DNA of 63,643 bases, counting the filler, from Chiloscyllium plagiosum (lineage: Eukaryota): the NCBI RefSeq assembly GCF_004010195.1. It is 4 parts of one record of this genome, joined end to end, with 100 filler letters (N's around TTAATTAATTAA, not from the genome) between each part and the next. Parts side by side here need not be neighbours in the genome. Positions count along the whole stretch, not along the records: positions 1 to 25,559 come from NC_057713.1; positions 25,660 to 51,906 come from NC_057713.1; 2 more parts are not named here. One strand, 5' to 3'. The notes below the pieces were generated by a model. It worked only from the letters and a program-made list of their open reading frames with translations. It was not told the DNA's origin and made no database searches. Positions 13,360 through 26,022 of this stretch are shown one piece after another (the stretch's first letter is position 1; each line of letters opens with the position of its first letter). The translations under genes were made by a program, and so were the position numbers.

Positions 13360-14219
13360 TCGATGCGAGGTGGTCCGTCCGGTTTCATTTCTTTGTTGTG
13401 ACTCTCTAGCGCTTGATACAACTGAGTGGCTTGCTTGGCCATTTCAGAGTCAACCACATTACTATGGCTCTGGAGTCACATGTAGGCCAGACCAGGTAAG
13501 GATGGTAGATTTTCTTCTCTAAAGGGCATTAGTTAACCGGATGAATTTTTCCAACAATCGACTTTTGTTTCCAGATTTTTTTTAAATGGATTCAAATTCC
13601 ACCACCTGCCATAGTGGGATTTGAACCCAGGTTCCCAGAACATTATTCCAGATTTCTGGGTTAATGGTCGAGCAATAGTACCACTAGGCCATCGCCTCCC
13701 TGATAATTCCATCATATCCCCTCTCAATCTCATATGCTCTAAGGTAAACAACTTCAGTCTATCCAATCTGTCTTTATAACTGAAACTCATCAGGCCAGGT
13801 AAATCTCCCCTGCACCCAGTGCTACTACATCCCTCCTCTCATGTGGATTCAAGAATGCATACAGTACCGAAGTTGTGGCATAAACAATTTTACATAGTTT
13901 CAGCATTACCTACTTGCTCTTAAATTGTGTGCCTTGAGTAATAAAAGGGATAATACCATATATCTTAAGTACTTTATCTACCTTAAGGGACCATTTTAAA
14001 TGCATATCAAATTCCCTCTGATCCTCGGGGCTTCCCAGGTTTCTACCATTCATTGTGTATTCCTTTGCTCTGTTTGGCTTGCTGAAGTGCATCACTCACT
14101 TCTGGTCATATTGAATTCCATTTACCACTGATCAGCTCATTTAATTAACCTATCTACATATTCTTGTAATCCATGGCTGATCTCCTCACTATTTACCTGA
14201 CCAATTTTTGAATCATTAA

Positions 14220-14505
14220 GATTAGATTCCCTACAGAATTTTGGCCCAACAAGTCCACACTGACCCTGCTAAGAGTAATCCATTCTCCTAACTTATATTT
14301 AACCTCGACTAATGCACCTAGCATGATGGGCAATTTAGCATGGCTAATTCACCTGGTCTGTACATCTTTGGATTGTGGGAGGAAACCCACGCAGACACGG
14401 GCAGAGTGTGCAAACTCCACACAGACAGTCACCCGAGGCAGGAATCGAACCTGGGTCCATGGTCCTGTGAGGCAGCAGCACTAACCACTGAGCCACCGTG
14501 CCACC
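14220..14505 (-). mobile_element. HE1-type V-SINE
   Basis: tRNA head and V-domain similarity to the other copies. Confidence 0.85.
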
Positions 14506-14809
14506 CATCATCTGCAAACTTACTGATTTATCTTCTTATATTGAAGTCTAAAACATTTACATCAAATACAAAATTGCAAGGATGCCAACACTGACCCCTG
14601 TGGGATTCCACTGGTAACAGAATTACAGTCGGTAAAACTCCCCTCAACCATCATCCTCTGCTTCTTGCCACTTAGGCCATTGGGATTCAATTTGTAAAGT
14701 TTCCTTGGATTCCATGTGCTCTTAACCTTGCTCTTAATCTCCCATTCAGGATCTTATCAAAAGTAGACTATAACAAAAGCATTTTTCTTATCTATGCTTC
14801 TGGTTACCT

Positions 14810-14897
14810 AAAGAAGGGCTTATGCCTGAAACGTCGATTCTCCTGCTCCTTTGATGCTGCCTGACCTGTTGCGCTTTTCCAGCAACACATTTTTAAG
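14810..14897 (+). mobile_element. Very short PLE family A terminal insertion
   Basis: 88-bp PLE 3' end between exact 12-bp TSDs ttctggttacct (14798-14809, 14898-14909). Confidence 0.85.
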
Positions 14898-16542
14898 TTC
14901 TGGTTACCTCTTCCAAACATTCAGTCAAGTCAGTCGGACATAACCTCCACTTAATGTAAACCATGCTGACTGTTCTTAGATTGATCTCTGCCTCTCCAAA
15001 TGCCTCCAAATCCCTGCCTCTCCAATTAATTCTGTCCCTCAGAATTGTTTCCAATAGTTGCAACATCACCAAATTTAGACTGACCTACCTGTAGTTTCCA
15101 GGTTTGTAGAACATAAAACATAGAACTGTACAGGAATGGATCCTTTGGCCCATGGTGTTGTGTTGAACATGATGCCAAATTAAATTAATCCCTTCTACCT
15201 GCTTTGGGTCCACATCCCTCCATTCCTTATATAATCATGTGCTTATCTATAAGTCTTTGAAATGCCTCTATCATATCTGCCTCCAACATCACCTCAGGCA
15301 GCGCATTCTAGTTTCCTAACACTTTCCTTGTAAAAACCTTGCCCCTCCTGTCTCCTTTGAACTTTTCACTTATCACCTTAAATACACGTTCCTTAGCATT
15401 AGACATTTCAACTCTGAAAAAAAATTTTGACTGTCAATCCTATCTACACATCTCATAATTTCATAGACTTCTATAAAGTCTCTCCTCAGCCTCCACTGCT
15501 CAACAGAAAATAACCTGAGTTTTTCTAGCCTCTTCTTATAGCTCATGCCCTCTAATCCAAGTAAGATCTTGGTAAACCTCTTCTGGACCCTCTCCAAAAC
15601 CTCCATATCCTTCCTGTAATGTGGCAATGAGAACTGAATGCAATATTCTAAGTGTGGCCTAACCATAGACTTTTTAAGCTGCAATGTGACATCTTGACAC
15701 TTGTACTCAATTCACCAACTAATAAAGGTAAGCATGCCATTTACTTTCTTTACCAACTTATCTACTTACATGGCCACTTTCAGGGAGTTACAGACTTGAA
15801 CCACCAAGATTCCTCTGTACGTCAGTGCTGTTCAGGGTCTTGCCATTAAGTGTATATATTTCCTTAATATTTGATCTTCCAAAATGCAATACCTCACACT
15901 TACCCAGATTAAACTCCATCTGCAACTGATCCATATCCTGCTGTATCATTTGACAACTTTCTATACTATCCACAACTTCATCAATCTTTGTATGATCTGC
16001 ATACTTACTAATCTACCTATCTACATTTTCATCCAAGTCTTTTATATGTATCACAAATAGCAGAGGTCTCAATATGGATCCCTGCAGAACACCACTAGTC
16101 ATGGATCCTCAGCCTGAAAAGACTCTTCCATCACTACCCTCTGCCTTTTATGGGCAAGCCAATTCTGAATCCACGCAGCCAAGTCACCATGGATCCCATG
16201 CATTTTCATCTTCTGGATGAGCCTACCATGATCTTAGAACATAGAACATAGAATATAGAACAATACCGCACAGTACTGGCCCTTCGGCCCACAATGTTGT
16301 GCCAAGCACTTTATCTTCATTTAAGATCAAACTAACCTTCATTTACTGCCATCCATGTGGCTTGTCTAGTAGTCACTTAAGTGTCCTTAATGTCTCTGAT
16401 ACTACTAACACCGCTGGCAGTGCATACCACACATTCACCACTCTCTCTGTAAAGAACCTACCTCTGACATCTCCCCTATACCTTCCTTCAATTATCTTAA
16501 AATAATGACCCCTCATGACAGCCATTTCTGTTTGGGGAAAAG

Positions 16543-16838
16543 TGGGCGGCATGGTGGCACTGTTAGCACTGCTGCCTCACAGCGCCAGAGATCCGGGTTC
16601 AATTCCCGCCTCAAGCGACTCTGTGTGGAGTTTGCACGTTCTCCCTGTGTCTGCGTGGGTTTCCTCCGGGTGCTCCGGTTTCCTCCCACAATCCAAAAAT
16701 GTGCAAGTTAGGTGAATTGGCCATGCTAAATTGCCCATAGTGTTAGGTGTAGGGGAATGGGTCTGGGTGGCATGTGCTTCGGTGGGTCAGTGTGGACTTG
16801 TTAGGCCGAAGGGCCTGTTTCCACACTGTAAGTAATCT
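16543..16838 (+). mobile_element. HE1-type V-SINE
   Basis: GGGCGGCATGGTGGCAC..GGTTCAATTCC head, V domain and gtaagtaatcta tail. Confidence 0.9.
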
Positions 16839-17036
16839 AAAAAAAGTATCTGGCTATCTACTCTATCTATTCCTCTCATTACCTTGGACATCTCTATCAA
16901 GTCATCTCTCTTCCTTCTTCCCTCCAGTGTGAAAAGCCCTCGCTCACTCAAACTCTCTTCATAAGATAAGCCCTCCAATCCAGGCAGCATCCTGGTAAAG
17001 CTCCTCTGCATCCTCTCTAAAGCATCTATATACAAT

Positions 17037-20000
17037 AGTGAGTAGAGTGGGTTCTTTCTTGATTTTTTTTTGTTTTATTGAGATCTGTCTCTTGTTTAAA
17101 TTTTAAAAATATATGCCAGAAGTATTAAGTTAGCCTGCAGCAGTGTTCTTATATAGAGCAATATAGATTGTGAAGGAGCAAAGATGGCCTTTAGTAGAGT
17201 GATATGCTCTTCTTATCAGGTGTGGGAGTTTAGGGAGAGTTTATGTGTTACTGAACATTGTGTCTGCAGCAAATGTTTTTGTTTGCGAAATCTATCACAT
17301 CGAATGGATCGATTAGAATAACAGTTAGAGGCAATGAGGAATTTACAAGAGCTAGGCAGTGTGATGGATGGTAGTTATAGGAAGGGAGAAAAGCTGCAGA
17401 TACAGCCAGATCAATGGACTAACTCCAGGAAAGTTAGGAGAGGTAGGCTGGTAGTGCAGGAGTCTTCTGTGGCTATCCCCATCTCAAACAAGTATGCTAT
17501 TTTGGAAAATGTAGAAGGTGATGGACTTTCAGGGGAATGTAGCACACACAGCTAAATTTCTGGGATCAAGACAGGTTCTATTGTAATGAGGAGTATGTCA
17601 GATTCCAAGCGATCGATTGTGATATGGACTGACTAGTCAGAGGGACAGACAGATGTTTCTGCAGCCAGCAGCAAAAGATCAGAATAATGTGTTGCCTCCC
17701 TGGTGCCAGGACCAAGGATGTCTCAGAGAGAGTGCAGAATGTTCTCAAAGGGCAGAGGGACCAGCAGGAGGTCATTGTATACATTGGAACCAACGACATA
17801 GGAAAGGAAAAGAATGAGATTCTGATGGGACACTATAGAAAGTTAGACTGAAATTTGAAAAGGTGGTCCTCAAGGGTAGTAATATCTCGATTACGCCGTG
17901 TGCTATGAGCGAGTGAGGGAAAGAATAGGAGGATAGAGCAGATGACTGCGTGGCTGAGGAACTGGTGCAGGAGAGAGGGGTTCACATTTTTGGATCATTG
18001 GAATCTCTTCTGGGTTAGACGTGACCTGTACAAGTAGGATGGATTACACTTGAATTGGAAGGGGACTAATATACTTGCAGGGAGATTGGCTAGAGCTGCT
18101 TGGGAGGACTTAAACTAGTAAGGTGGGGTGGGAGATAATGAGGAAAGAGATCAATCTGAGACTGGTACAGTTGGGAAAAAGAGGGAGTCAAGGCAGGCAG
18201 GGACAAAACAGAGAACAAGGTAGGACTGATAAATTAAACTGCATTTATTTCAATGCAAGAAGTCTCACAGGAAAGGCAGATGAACTCACGGCATGGTTAG
18301 GAACATGGGCCTGGGATATCATAGCAATTACAGAAACATGGCTCAGGGATGGACAGCACTGGCAGAATAATACAAAAGCTATAAAAAGGATAGAAAGGGG
18401 GGGAAAGAGAAGAGAGGGAGTGGCGCTTTGATATGGTCAGCATTACCACAGTAGTTAAGGAGGATATTCCTGGGAATACATTGAGGGAAGTTATTTGGGT
18501 GGAACTGAGAAATAAAAAGGGGATGATCCACTTTATTGGGATTGTATGATAGATCCCCGAATAGTCAGTGGGAAATCAAGAAACAAATTTGTAAGGAAAT
18601 TTCAATTATCTGTAAAAATAATAGTGTGGTTGTGGTAGGGGATTTTAACTTTCTAAACATAGGCTGGGACTGCCATAGTGTTAAGGATTTAGATGGAGAG
18701 GAATTAATTAAGTGTGTACAAGAACATTTTCTGATTCAATATGTGGATGTGCCTACTAGAGAAGGTGCAAAACCTGACCTATTCTTGGGAAATAAGGTGA
18801 CTGAGGTGTCAGTGGGGAGAACTTTGGGGCCAGTGACCATAATTATATTAGTTTTAAAATAGTGATGGAAAAGGATAGACCGGATCTAAGAGTTGAAGTT
18901 CTCAATTCAAGGAAGGCTAATTTTGATGGCATCAGACAAGAACTTTCAAAAGCTGATTGGGGGCAGATGTTCATATGTAAAGTGACTACTGGAAAATGGG
19001 AAGCCTTCAGAAATGAGATAACGAGAGTCCAGAGACAGTATATTCATGTTAGGGTGAAAGGAAAGGCTGGTAGATGTAGAGAATGACGGATGACTGGAGA
19101 AATTGAGGTTTTGGTTAAGAAAAAGATGGAAGAATATGTCTGGTATAAATAGGAGAGATTATGTGTATCCTTAGAGTATAAGGGCACTAGAAGTATACTT
19201 AAGAGGAAAATCAGGAGGGAAAAAAGGGGACATGAAATAGCTTTGGCAAATAGGTTTAAGGATAATGCAAAGGTTTTTATAAACACATTAAGGAGAAAAG
19301 GGTAACAAGGGAGAGAATAGGCCCCCTCAAAGATCATCAAGGAGAAAGTAAGGTCTGCAGATGCTGGAGATCAGAGCTGGAAATGTGTTGCTGGAACAGC
19401 GCAGCAGGTCAGGCAGCATCCAGGGAACAGGAGAATCGCCGTTTCGGGCATAAGCCCTTCTTCAGGAAACGTCGATTCTCCTGTTCCCTGGATGCTGCCT
19501 GACCTGCTGCGCTGTTCCAGCAACACATTTCCAGCCCCTCAAAGATCAGCAAGACAGTCTATGTGTGTAGCCGTTAAAAGATGGGGGAGATACTCAACAA
19601 GTATTTTGCATCAGTGTTCACTGTGGAGAAGGACTTGGAAGATATAGGATGTAGGGAAATAGATGGTGACATCTTGAAAAATGTCCATATTACAGAGGAG
19701 GAAGTGCTGGATGTCTTGAAACACATAAAAATGGACCTGATCAGGTGTACCCTAGTACTCTGTGGGAAGCTAAGGAAGTGATTGCTAGGCCCCTTGCTGA
19801 GATATTTGCATTCTCAATAGTCACAGGAAAGGTGCCAGAAGACTGGAAATTGGCTAACGTGGTACTACTATTTAAGAAAGGTAAGGACAAGCCAGAGAAC
19901 TATAGATCGGTGAGCCTGATGTCCGTGGTGGGCAAGTTGTTGGAGGGAATTCTGAAGGACAGGATTTACATGTATTTGGAAAGGCAAGGACTGATAAAGG

Positions 20001-21265
20001 ATAGTTAGCATGACTTTGTGTGTGGGAAATCATGTCTCGCAAATTTGATTAAGTTTTCTGAAGAAGTAGCAAAGAGGATTGATGAGGGCAGAGCAGTGGA
20101 TGTGATCTATATGGACATCAGTAAGGCATTCGACAAGGTTACCCGTGGGAGACTGGTTAGCAACAAATCTCATGGAATATAGGGAGAACTAGCCATTTGG
20201 ATACAGAACTGGCTTGAAGGTAGAAGACAGAGGTTTGTGGTGGAGAGTTGTTTTCCAAACTGGAGACCTGTGACCAGTGGAGTGCCACAAGGATCGACGT
20301 TGGGTCCTCTACTTTTCATCATTTATATAAATGATTTGAACATGAACATAAGAGATATAGTTCGTAAGTTTACATATGACACCAAACTTGAAGGTGTTTC
20401 GGCAGCAAAGAAGGTTACCTCAGAGTAGAACGGGATCTTGATCAGATGGGCAAATGGGCTGAGGAATGGCAGATTAAGTTTAATTTAGATAAATGTGAGG
20501 TGCTGCACCTTGGAAAAGCAAATCATAGCAGGACTTATACACTTACTGGTAAGATCCCAGAGAATGTTGCTGAACAAAGAGATCTTGGAGTGCAGATTCA
20601 TATTGCCTTGAAAGTAGAGTCGCAGGAGATAGGATAGTGAAGAAGACATTTGGTATGATCTCCTTTATTGATCAGAGTATTGAGTATAAGAGTTGGGCGG
20701 TCATGTTGCAGCTGTACAGGACATTGGTTAGGCCACTTTTGGAATGTTACGTGCGACTCTATTGGAAGGATGTTGTGATACTTGAATGGGTTCAGAAATG
20801 TTTTACAAGGATGGTGCCAGGAATTTGAGCTATAGAGAGAGGCTGAAAAGGCTGGGGCTACTTTTCCTGGAGCATCAGAGCTGAGGGGTGACCTTATGGA
20901 GGTTTATAAAATCATGAGGGGCATACATAAGGTAAGTAGACAAGGTTTTTTCCCTGGAGTCGGGCAGTCTGGAACTAGAGGACATAGGTTTATAGTGAGA
21001 GGGGAAAGATTTGAAAGAGACCTAAGGGGCAATGTTTTCATGTGGAGGGTGGTGCATGTATGTAATGAGCTGTCAGAGCAAGTGGTGGATGCTGATACAA
21101 TTGCAGCATTTAAAAGGCATCTGGATGGATATATGAATAGAAAGGGTTTAGAGGGATGTGGGCCAAGTGCTGGCAAATGGGACTAGATTAGGTTGGGGCA
21201 TCTGGTCGGCCTGGATGAGTTGGACCGAAGGGTCTGTTTACGTGCTGTACATCTCTATGACTCTA
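17037..21265 (+). mobile_element. Near full-length CR1 (HER1-like) LINE, inactivated: ORF1 (Cys-rich N-terminus, SGNH-esterase-like) and ORF2 (APE + RT)
   Basis: ORF1 motifs CCLPGARTKDVSERVQ and VIVYIGTND. ORF2 motifs CIYFNARSL, DIIAITETW, VVGDFN and SGVPQGSTLGPLLFIIYINDL. 3' tail ctctatgactcta. Many stops and frameshifts. Confidence 0.92.
19342..19535. mobile_element. PLE family A fold-back insertion (70-bp inverted arms)
   Basis: Arms 19376-19445 and 19466-19535 with one mismatch. TSD cccctcaaagatca(t/g)caag. Confidence 0.9.
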
Positions 21266-22272
21266 TCCTTCCTATAATGACTCAATATTCCAAGTGTGGT
21301 CTAACCACGGTTTTATAGAGCTGCAGCAAAACCTCGCTGCTCTTAAACTCAATCCCCCTGTTAATGAAAGCTAAAACACCATACGCCTTCTCAACAACCC
21401 TATCAAGTTAGCTGGGATCTGTGTATGTGGACCCCAAGATCCCGCTGTTCCTCCACACTGTCTTTCCCCCTGTATTCAGCAGTCAACTTCAACCTTCCAA
21501 AATGAATCACTTCGCATTTATCCAGGTAGAAATCAATCTGCCACTTCTGAACCCAGCTCTGCAACCTGTCAATGTCTTGTTGTAGCCTGCAACAGCCCTC
21601 GTCACTATCTGAAACACCACCAAACTTTGTGTCATTGGCAAACTATTAACCCACCCTTCAACTTCTTCATCCAAGTTATTTATAAAAACTACAAGAGCAG
21701 AGGTCCAAGAACAAATCCCTTGCAGGACGCCACTGGTCACCGACCTCCAGGCGGAATACTTTCCATTCACTACCACTGTTTCTTTCGGCCAGCCAACTCT
21801 GTACCCAGACTGCCAAATTTCCCTGTATCCCATACCACCTAACTTTCTGAATGAGCCTATTCTGGACAACCTTATCAAATGCCTTACTGAAATCCATACG
21901 CACCACATCCACTGCTCGTCCTTCATCAACTTGTCTTGTCACATCCTCAAAGAACTCAATAAGGCTTGTGAGGCATGACCTGCCTCTCACAAAGCCATGC
22001 TGACTATCTTTAATCAAACTATGCTTTTCCAAATAGTCATAAATCCTATCTCCCAGATTCATTTCTAGTACCTTGCTTACCACAGATGTAAAACTGACTG
22101 GTCTGCAATTCCCAGGGATTTCCCTATTTCCTTTCTTGAAAAGAGGAACAACACTCATCTCTCTCCAATCATCCGGTACTAATCCCATGGAGAGTGAGGA
22201 TGCAAAGATCATCGCCAGAGGTGCAGCAATCACATTCCTCGCTTCTCATAGTAACTTTGGATATATCTGATC

Positions 22273-22680
22273 GCCAGACCATGGCAACACGATGCCTGGA
22301 GGAAAAGCGCCTCATCTTCCGCCTAGGAACCCTCCAACCACAAGGGATGAACCCAGATTTCTCCAGCTTCCTCATGTCCCCTCCCCCCACCTTATCTCAG
22401 TCCCAACCCTCGGACTCAGCAACGCCTTCTTGACCTGCAATCTTCTTCCCGACCTCTCTGCCCCCACCCCCTCTCCGGCCTATCACCCTCACCTTAACCT
22501 CCTTCCACCTATCGCATTCCCAACGCCCCTCCCCCAAGTCCCTCCTCCCTACCTTTTATCTTAGCCTGCTTGGCACACCTTCCTCATTCCTGAAGAAGGG
22601 CTTATGTCCGAAACGTCGATTCTCCTGCTCCTTGGCTGCTGCCTGACCTGCTGCGCTTTTCCAGCAACACATTTTTCAGC
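22273..22680 (+). mobile_element. PLE family A 3' fragment
   Basis: LEEKRLIFRLGTLQPQG C-terminus. Exact 12-bp TSD atatatctgatc (22261-22272, 22681-22692). Confidence 0.9.
22589..22617 (+). ncRNA. Minimal hammerhead ribozyme-like motif (PLE-associated)
   Basis: CCUGAAGA-A-GGGC-UUAU-GUCC-GAAAC-GUC. Cores intact, stem II with one G-U pair. Confidence 0.62.
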
Positions 22681-25356
22681 ATATATCTGATCATGCCCTG
22701 GGGCTTACCTATCTTGATGATTCCCAGAATTTCCAGCAAATCCACTTTCTTAATATCAATCTGTTCAAGTCTATTGATCTGGTCCGTGGTCTTCTCACTA
22801 TCAACAAGGTCCCTCTCTCTAAAACTGAAGCAAAAAACTCATTTAGGGCCTTCTCTACCTCTACAGACTCCAGGCACAAGTTCCCTCCATTATCCCTGAT
22901 CAGCCCTTCCATCTGTCTGATCATTCCCAGCTGCCCCATAATGCTCGCTTCCACCGCTCCCAATGCTGCTGCAAAAATGGAGGCCGCTGATCCCATGAGG
23001 TAAGTTTTTAGAGGAGGAATTTACCTTCCCGACAGCCCGCTGGTCCTTGCTCTCATGGCTCTCTCTTATGCTGCAAAAATGGATCTTGTCAAAAGTCTTA
23101 TTAAAATCCATGTAGACAATATCCACTCTCTACCATCATCGATCACCTTTGTCACTCCCTGAAAAATGCAAACAAAGCTATGCTGGCTGTCCCGAATTAG
23201 ACCATGTGTTTCCAAATGTATGTAAATCCTGTCTCTAAAAACTCTTTCTAACAGCATCCCACCCATGAATGTGAGAATCACCAGTCTATAGTTTCTTGGA
23301 TTAGCCTCAATTCCAATCATGAAAAGAGGAACAAGATTAGCAACTCACCAGGCCTCTGGCACCTCTCCAGTTGCTAGCAAGGATACACAGATCTTGGTCA
23401 AGGCCCCAACAATCTCTAATTTTGCCTCTCTCAATAATCTGGGACAAATACCATTGGGCCCTGGGGATTTACCCACCTTAATGCTAAATACCTTTCTTGA
23501 TTTCATGCTCCACATAAATCTTGCTATCCTCCATATCCTTCTCATGGATGAATACTGACTCATTTAGGATCTCACCACATCCTCTGTCTCCAAGTGCAAG
23601 TTCCCTCCTTTATTCTTGAGTGGTCCTACCATCTCCCTAATTATCCTCTTATTCCTAATGTATGCATTGAATGCTTTGGAATTCTCTTTAATCCTATTTG
23701 CTAAGGTCATTTCATGGCCTCTTCTTGCTCTCCTAATTCCCTGCTTATTTCCTGCCTTCTTTACATTCCTCATGGGCTCTGTCTAATTTTAGCTTCCTAA
23801 ACTTTACATATTCTTCTTCTTTCCTTTGGACTAAATTCACAACCTCCCTCATTATCCAATGGTCCCTTATCTTGCCATTTGTGTCCTTCTTTCTTACTGG
23901 AACATGCCAGCCCTGAACTCTGATCAGCATGTCTTTAAAGAACTCTCAACAACACATGTCAAATGTAGTTTTGCGCAATAACAGCTCCTCCCAATGAACA
24001 CTCCATAGTTTCTGTCTAATACTGCCACAATTTGTCTTTCCCCAATTTAGTACCTTTCCGCAAGGTCCTGACATATCCTTCTTCATAGCTATCTTAAAAT
24101 TTAATGAATTGTGATCACTGTTTCCTAAATGCTTTCCCACTGAAAGGTCAGTCACCTAGCCAGGCATTAGCCAATACAAGATCCAGTATGGCCTCTACTT
24201 GAGTTCACAATCCACATACTATTTCAAGAAACCCTCTTGGATGCATTATCAAAATCTGCCCCACCTAAGCCTCCTGTTCCAAGGGAGTCGATATTGGGAA
24301 AGTGCTAACCCTGTTGTTATTACATCTTTCCATAGTCAGCCTATGTATTTATTCCTCGAAGTCTCAGCGGCAGTTGTGGGGGGGGGGGGGGGGGGGGGGG
24401 TGGGTTATCATATAATCTTATCACAGTGATTGCACCCATTGTATTTTTGAACTCGACCTATGTTGCCTCAGTGGTTGAGCCCTTCAGTATGTCCTCTCTG
24501 AGTACAGAAGTGACAACCTCCCTGAGTGGAAATGCAACTCTTCCACCTCTTTTACCTTCCTCTCGATCTCATCAAAAACAACAAAACCCTGGAACATTGA
24601 GTAACCCCTCTTTCAACCAAGTCTTTGTTATGGCCATATATTCCTTATATATGCCCTCATCTTTAGTAACAATAACACAATGCCTGTCCTCCAGTCCCCA
24701 GCATCGTGCTGTAGCGAACAGTACCTAAAAATGTCCTCTCATTGTTATTGTCTCCCTTGCCTCGCTCAACAACTTGGTTTACATTTAATCTTGGCCTGGA
24801 AGTTCATCTGCTTTTAAGCCAGCCTGACCACACAGAATGTGCTTTGAGAATTTCTTTAATTCTATAATTTTTAAAATTTTAATTGACCTTCTTCCAGATT
24901 CTTATCTCCTGATTATCAGGACAGCATGGTGGCTCAGTGGTTACTAGACAGGAAGGAGTAAGGGGGAGAAGGACAGAGATCGAAAGGGAGGGAAAGGGGA
25001 GACAGGGAGAGGGAGATAGATACAGAGGGTGGGAGATAGAGGACGGGAGGCCAGCAGAGGGAGAGGGATGGACCAGGTGGTAGAAAGATATGAACAAAAA
25101 TACCAAAGCAGAAAGGTAGGCAATCACGAGATGAAAAGGAGATTCAGTGAAGCAATACAGCCAATCGGACAACAGATGTCAAATTTGAGACCGAATGTTA
25201 AATGAAAAAGCAATGTGAGGTTAAATTCCTAAAGCTGCTGCTGTCAATGTGAAGCCCAATCCTTCAGGCCCAGGCTTATAGAGGCATCCTCAGTCTGTGA
25301 CTGCACCTATTCCAGAGCTAGTGATATTGCCTCAATGCAACAGGGTGAAAGGTCAC

Positions 25357-25559
25357 AATCAGGATTCCCGCCCACCTTCCGAGGACTCCTTCGCCCACCT
25401 CCAACACACTGCATCCACCTGGACACCCTGCACTGGCCTATTACCTGCCCTCGACCTCTTCATTTCCAACTGCCTCCGGGACATTAACCGCGTCAACCTG
25501 TCTACCCCCCTCCCCCACTCCAACCTCTCACCCTCACAATGCGCAGCCCTCCAATCCCT
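25357..25559 (+). mobile_element. PLE family A ORF fragment truncated by a gap
   Basis: NQDSRPPSEDSFAHLQHTASTWTP..LPALDLFISNC, similar to 46860-46935. Confidence 0.7.
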
Positions 25560-25659
25560 NNNNNNNNNNNNNNNNNNNNNNNNNNNNNNNNNNNNNNNNN
25601 NNNTTAATTAATTAANNNNNNNNNNNNNNNNNNNNNNNNNNNNNNNNNNNNNNNNNNNN
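25560..25659. other. Artificial scaffold spacer N44-TTAATTAATTAA-N44
   Basis: Exactly 100 bp, with stops in all six frames. Identical to the spacers at 51907 and 59977. Confidence 0.95.
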
Positions 25660-25708
25660 CAAAAGCACAAAGACGCAGATGCTGAGATGCACATAATAAT
25701 TCACTAAA

Positions 25709-26022
25709 ACACACAGACATACACAGATACACACCCACACACACAGATACATACACACACACAGACACAAGCACACACACACACGCACACACTCTCATAC
25801 AGTCAAACACACACAGCCAGACACAAGCAAACACACAGACAGAGACACAGGACAATACGAACGCACGTGCACACACACACACGCACGCACATATACACAC
25901 ACGCACACACGCACACACACACGCACATACACACACACATACACACACATACACACACACACATACACACACGCACACATACACACACGCACACATACAC
26001 GCGCGCACACACACACACAACA
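25709..26022. repeat. Compound (CA)n microsatellite
   Basis: Interrupted CA/CACG/CATA dinucleotide-type repeats. Confidence 0.95.

Larger units (their letters stand above)
8205..13700 (-). mobile_element. CR1/L2-group LINE with tRNA-like 5' head, APE endonuclease and RT; internally deleted and interrupted by PLE, CR1 and HE1 insertions
   Basis: A box at 13681-13691 and B box at 13617-13627. APE start LLTNIWGLVPKLG..DIVILMES near 12980. RT region WKIAQLCPVHKKQDK..QFGFCQGHSAPDL..ALDIKAAFD. A-rich 3' end near 8210. Confidence 0.8.
13705..17030 (-). mobile_element. Stacked CR1-type LINE 3' fragments (about 13705-15105, 15110-16230, 16235-17030)
   Basis: Minus-strand ORFs with VRPHLEYCIQF, LERVQKRFT and QMEFNLGKCEVLHFG, plus (TTCTATG)n-type 3' tails. 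Confidence 0.85.
21266..24800 (-). mobile_element. CR1-type LINE ORF2 fragments (continuation of the copy split at 17030, plus an older copy from about 23085)
   Basis: Minus-strand ORF with QHGFVRGRSCLTSLIEFFE..MDFSKAFDKV, and APE C-terminal LGNSDHNSL. Confidence 0.88.

Noticed and set aside
24378..24399. Poly-G run, potential G-quadruplex
   Set aside because: Homopolymer expansion inside a decayed CR1 with no other support.
25604..25615. TTAATTAATTAA palindrome repeated three times in the window
   Set aside because: Always centred in a 100-bp N spacer, so it is an assembly linker rather than biology.
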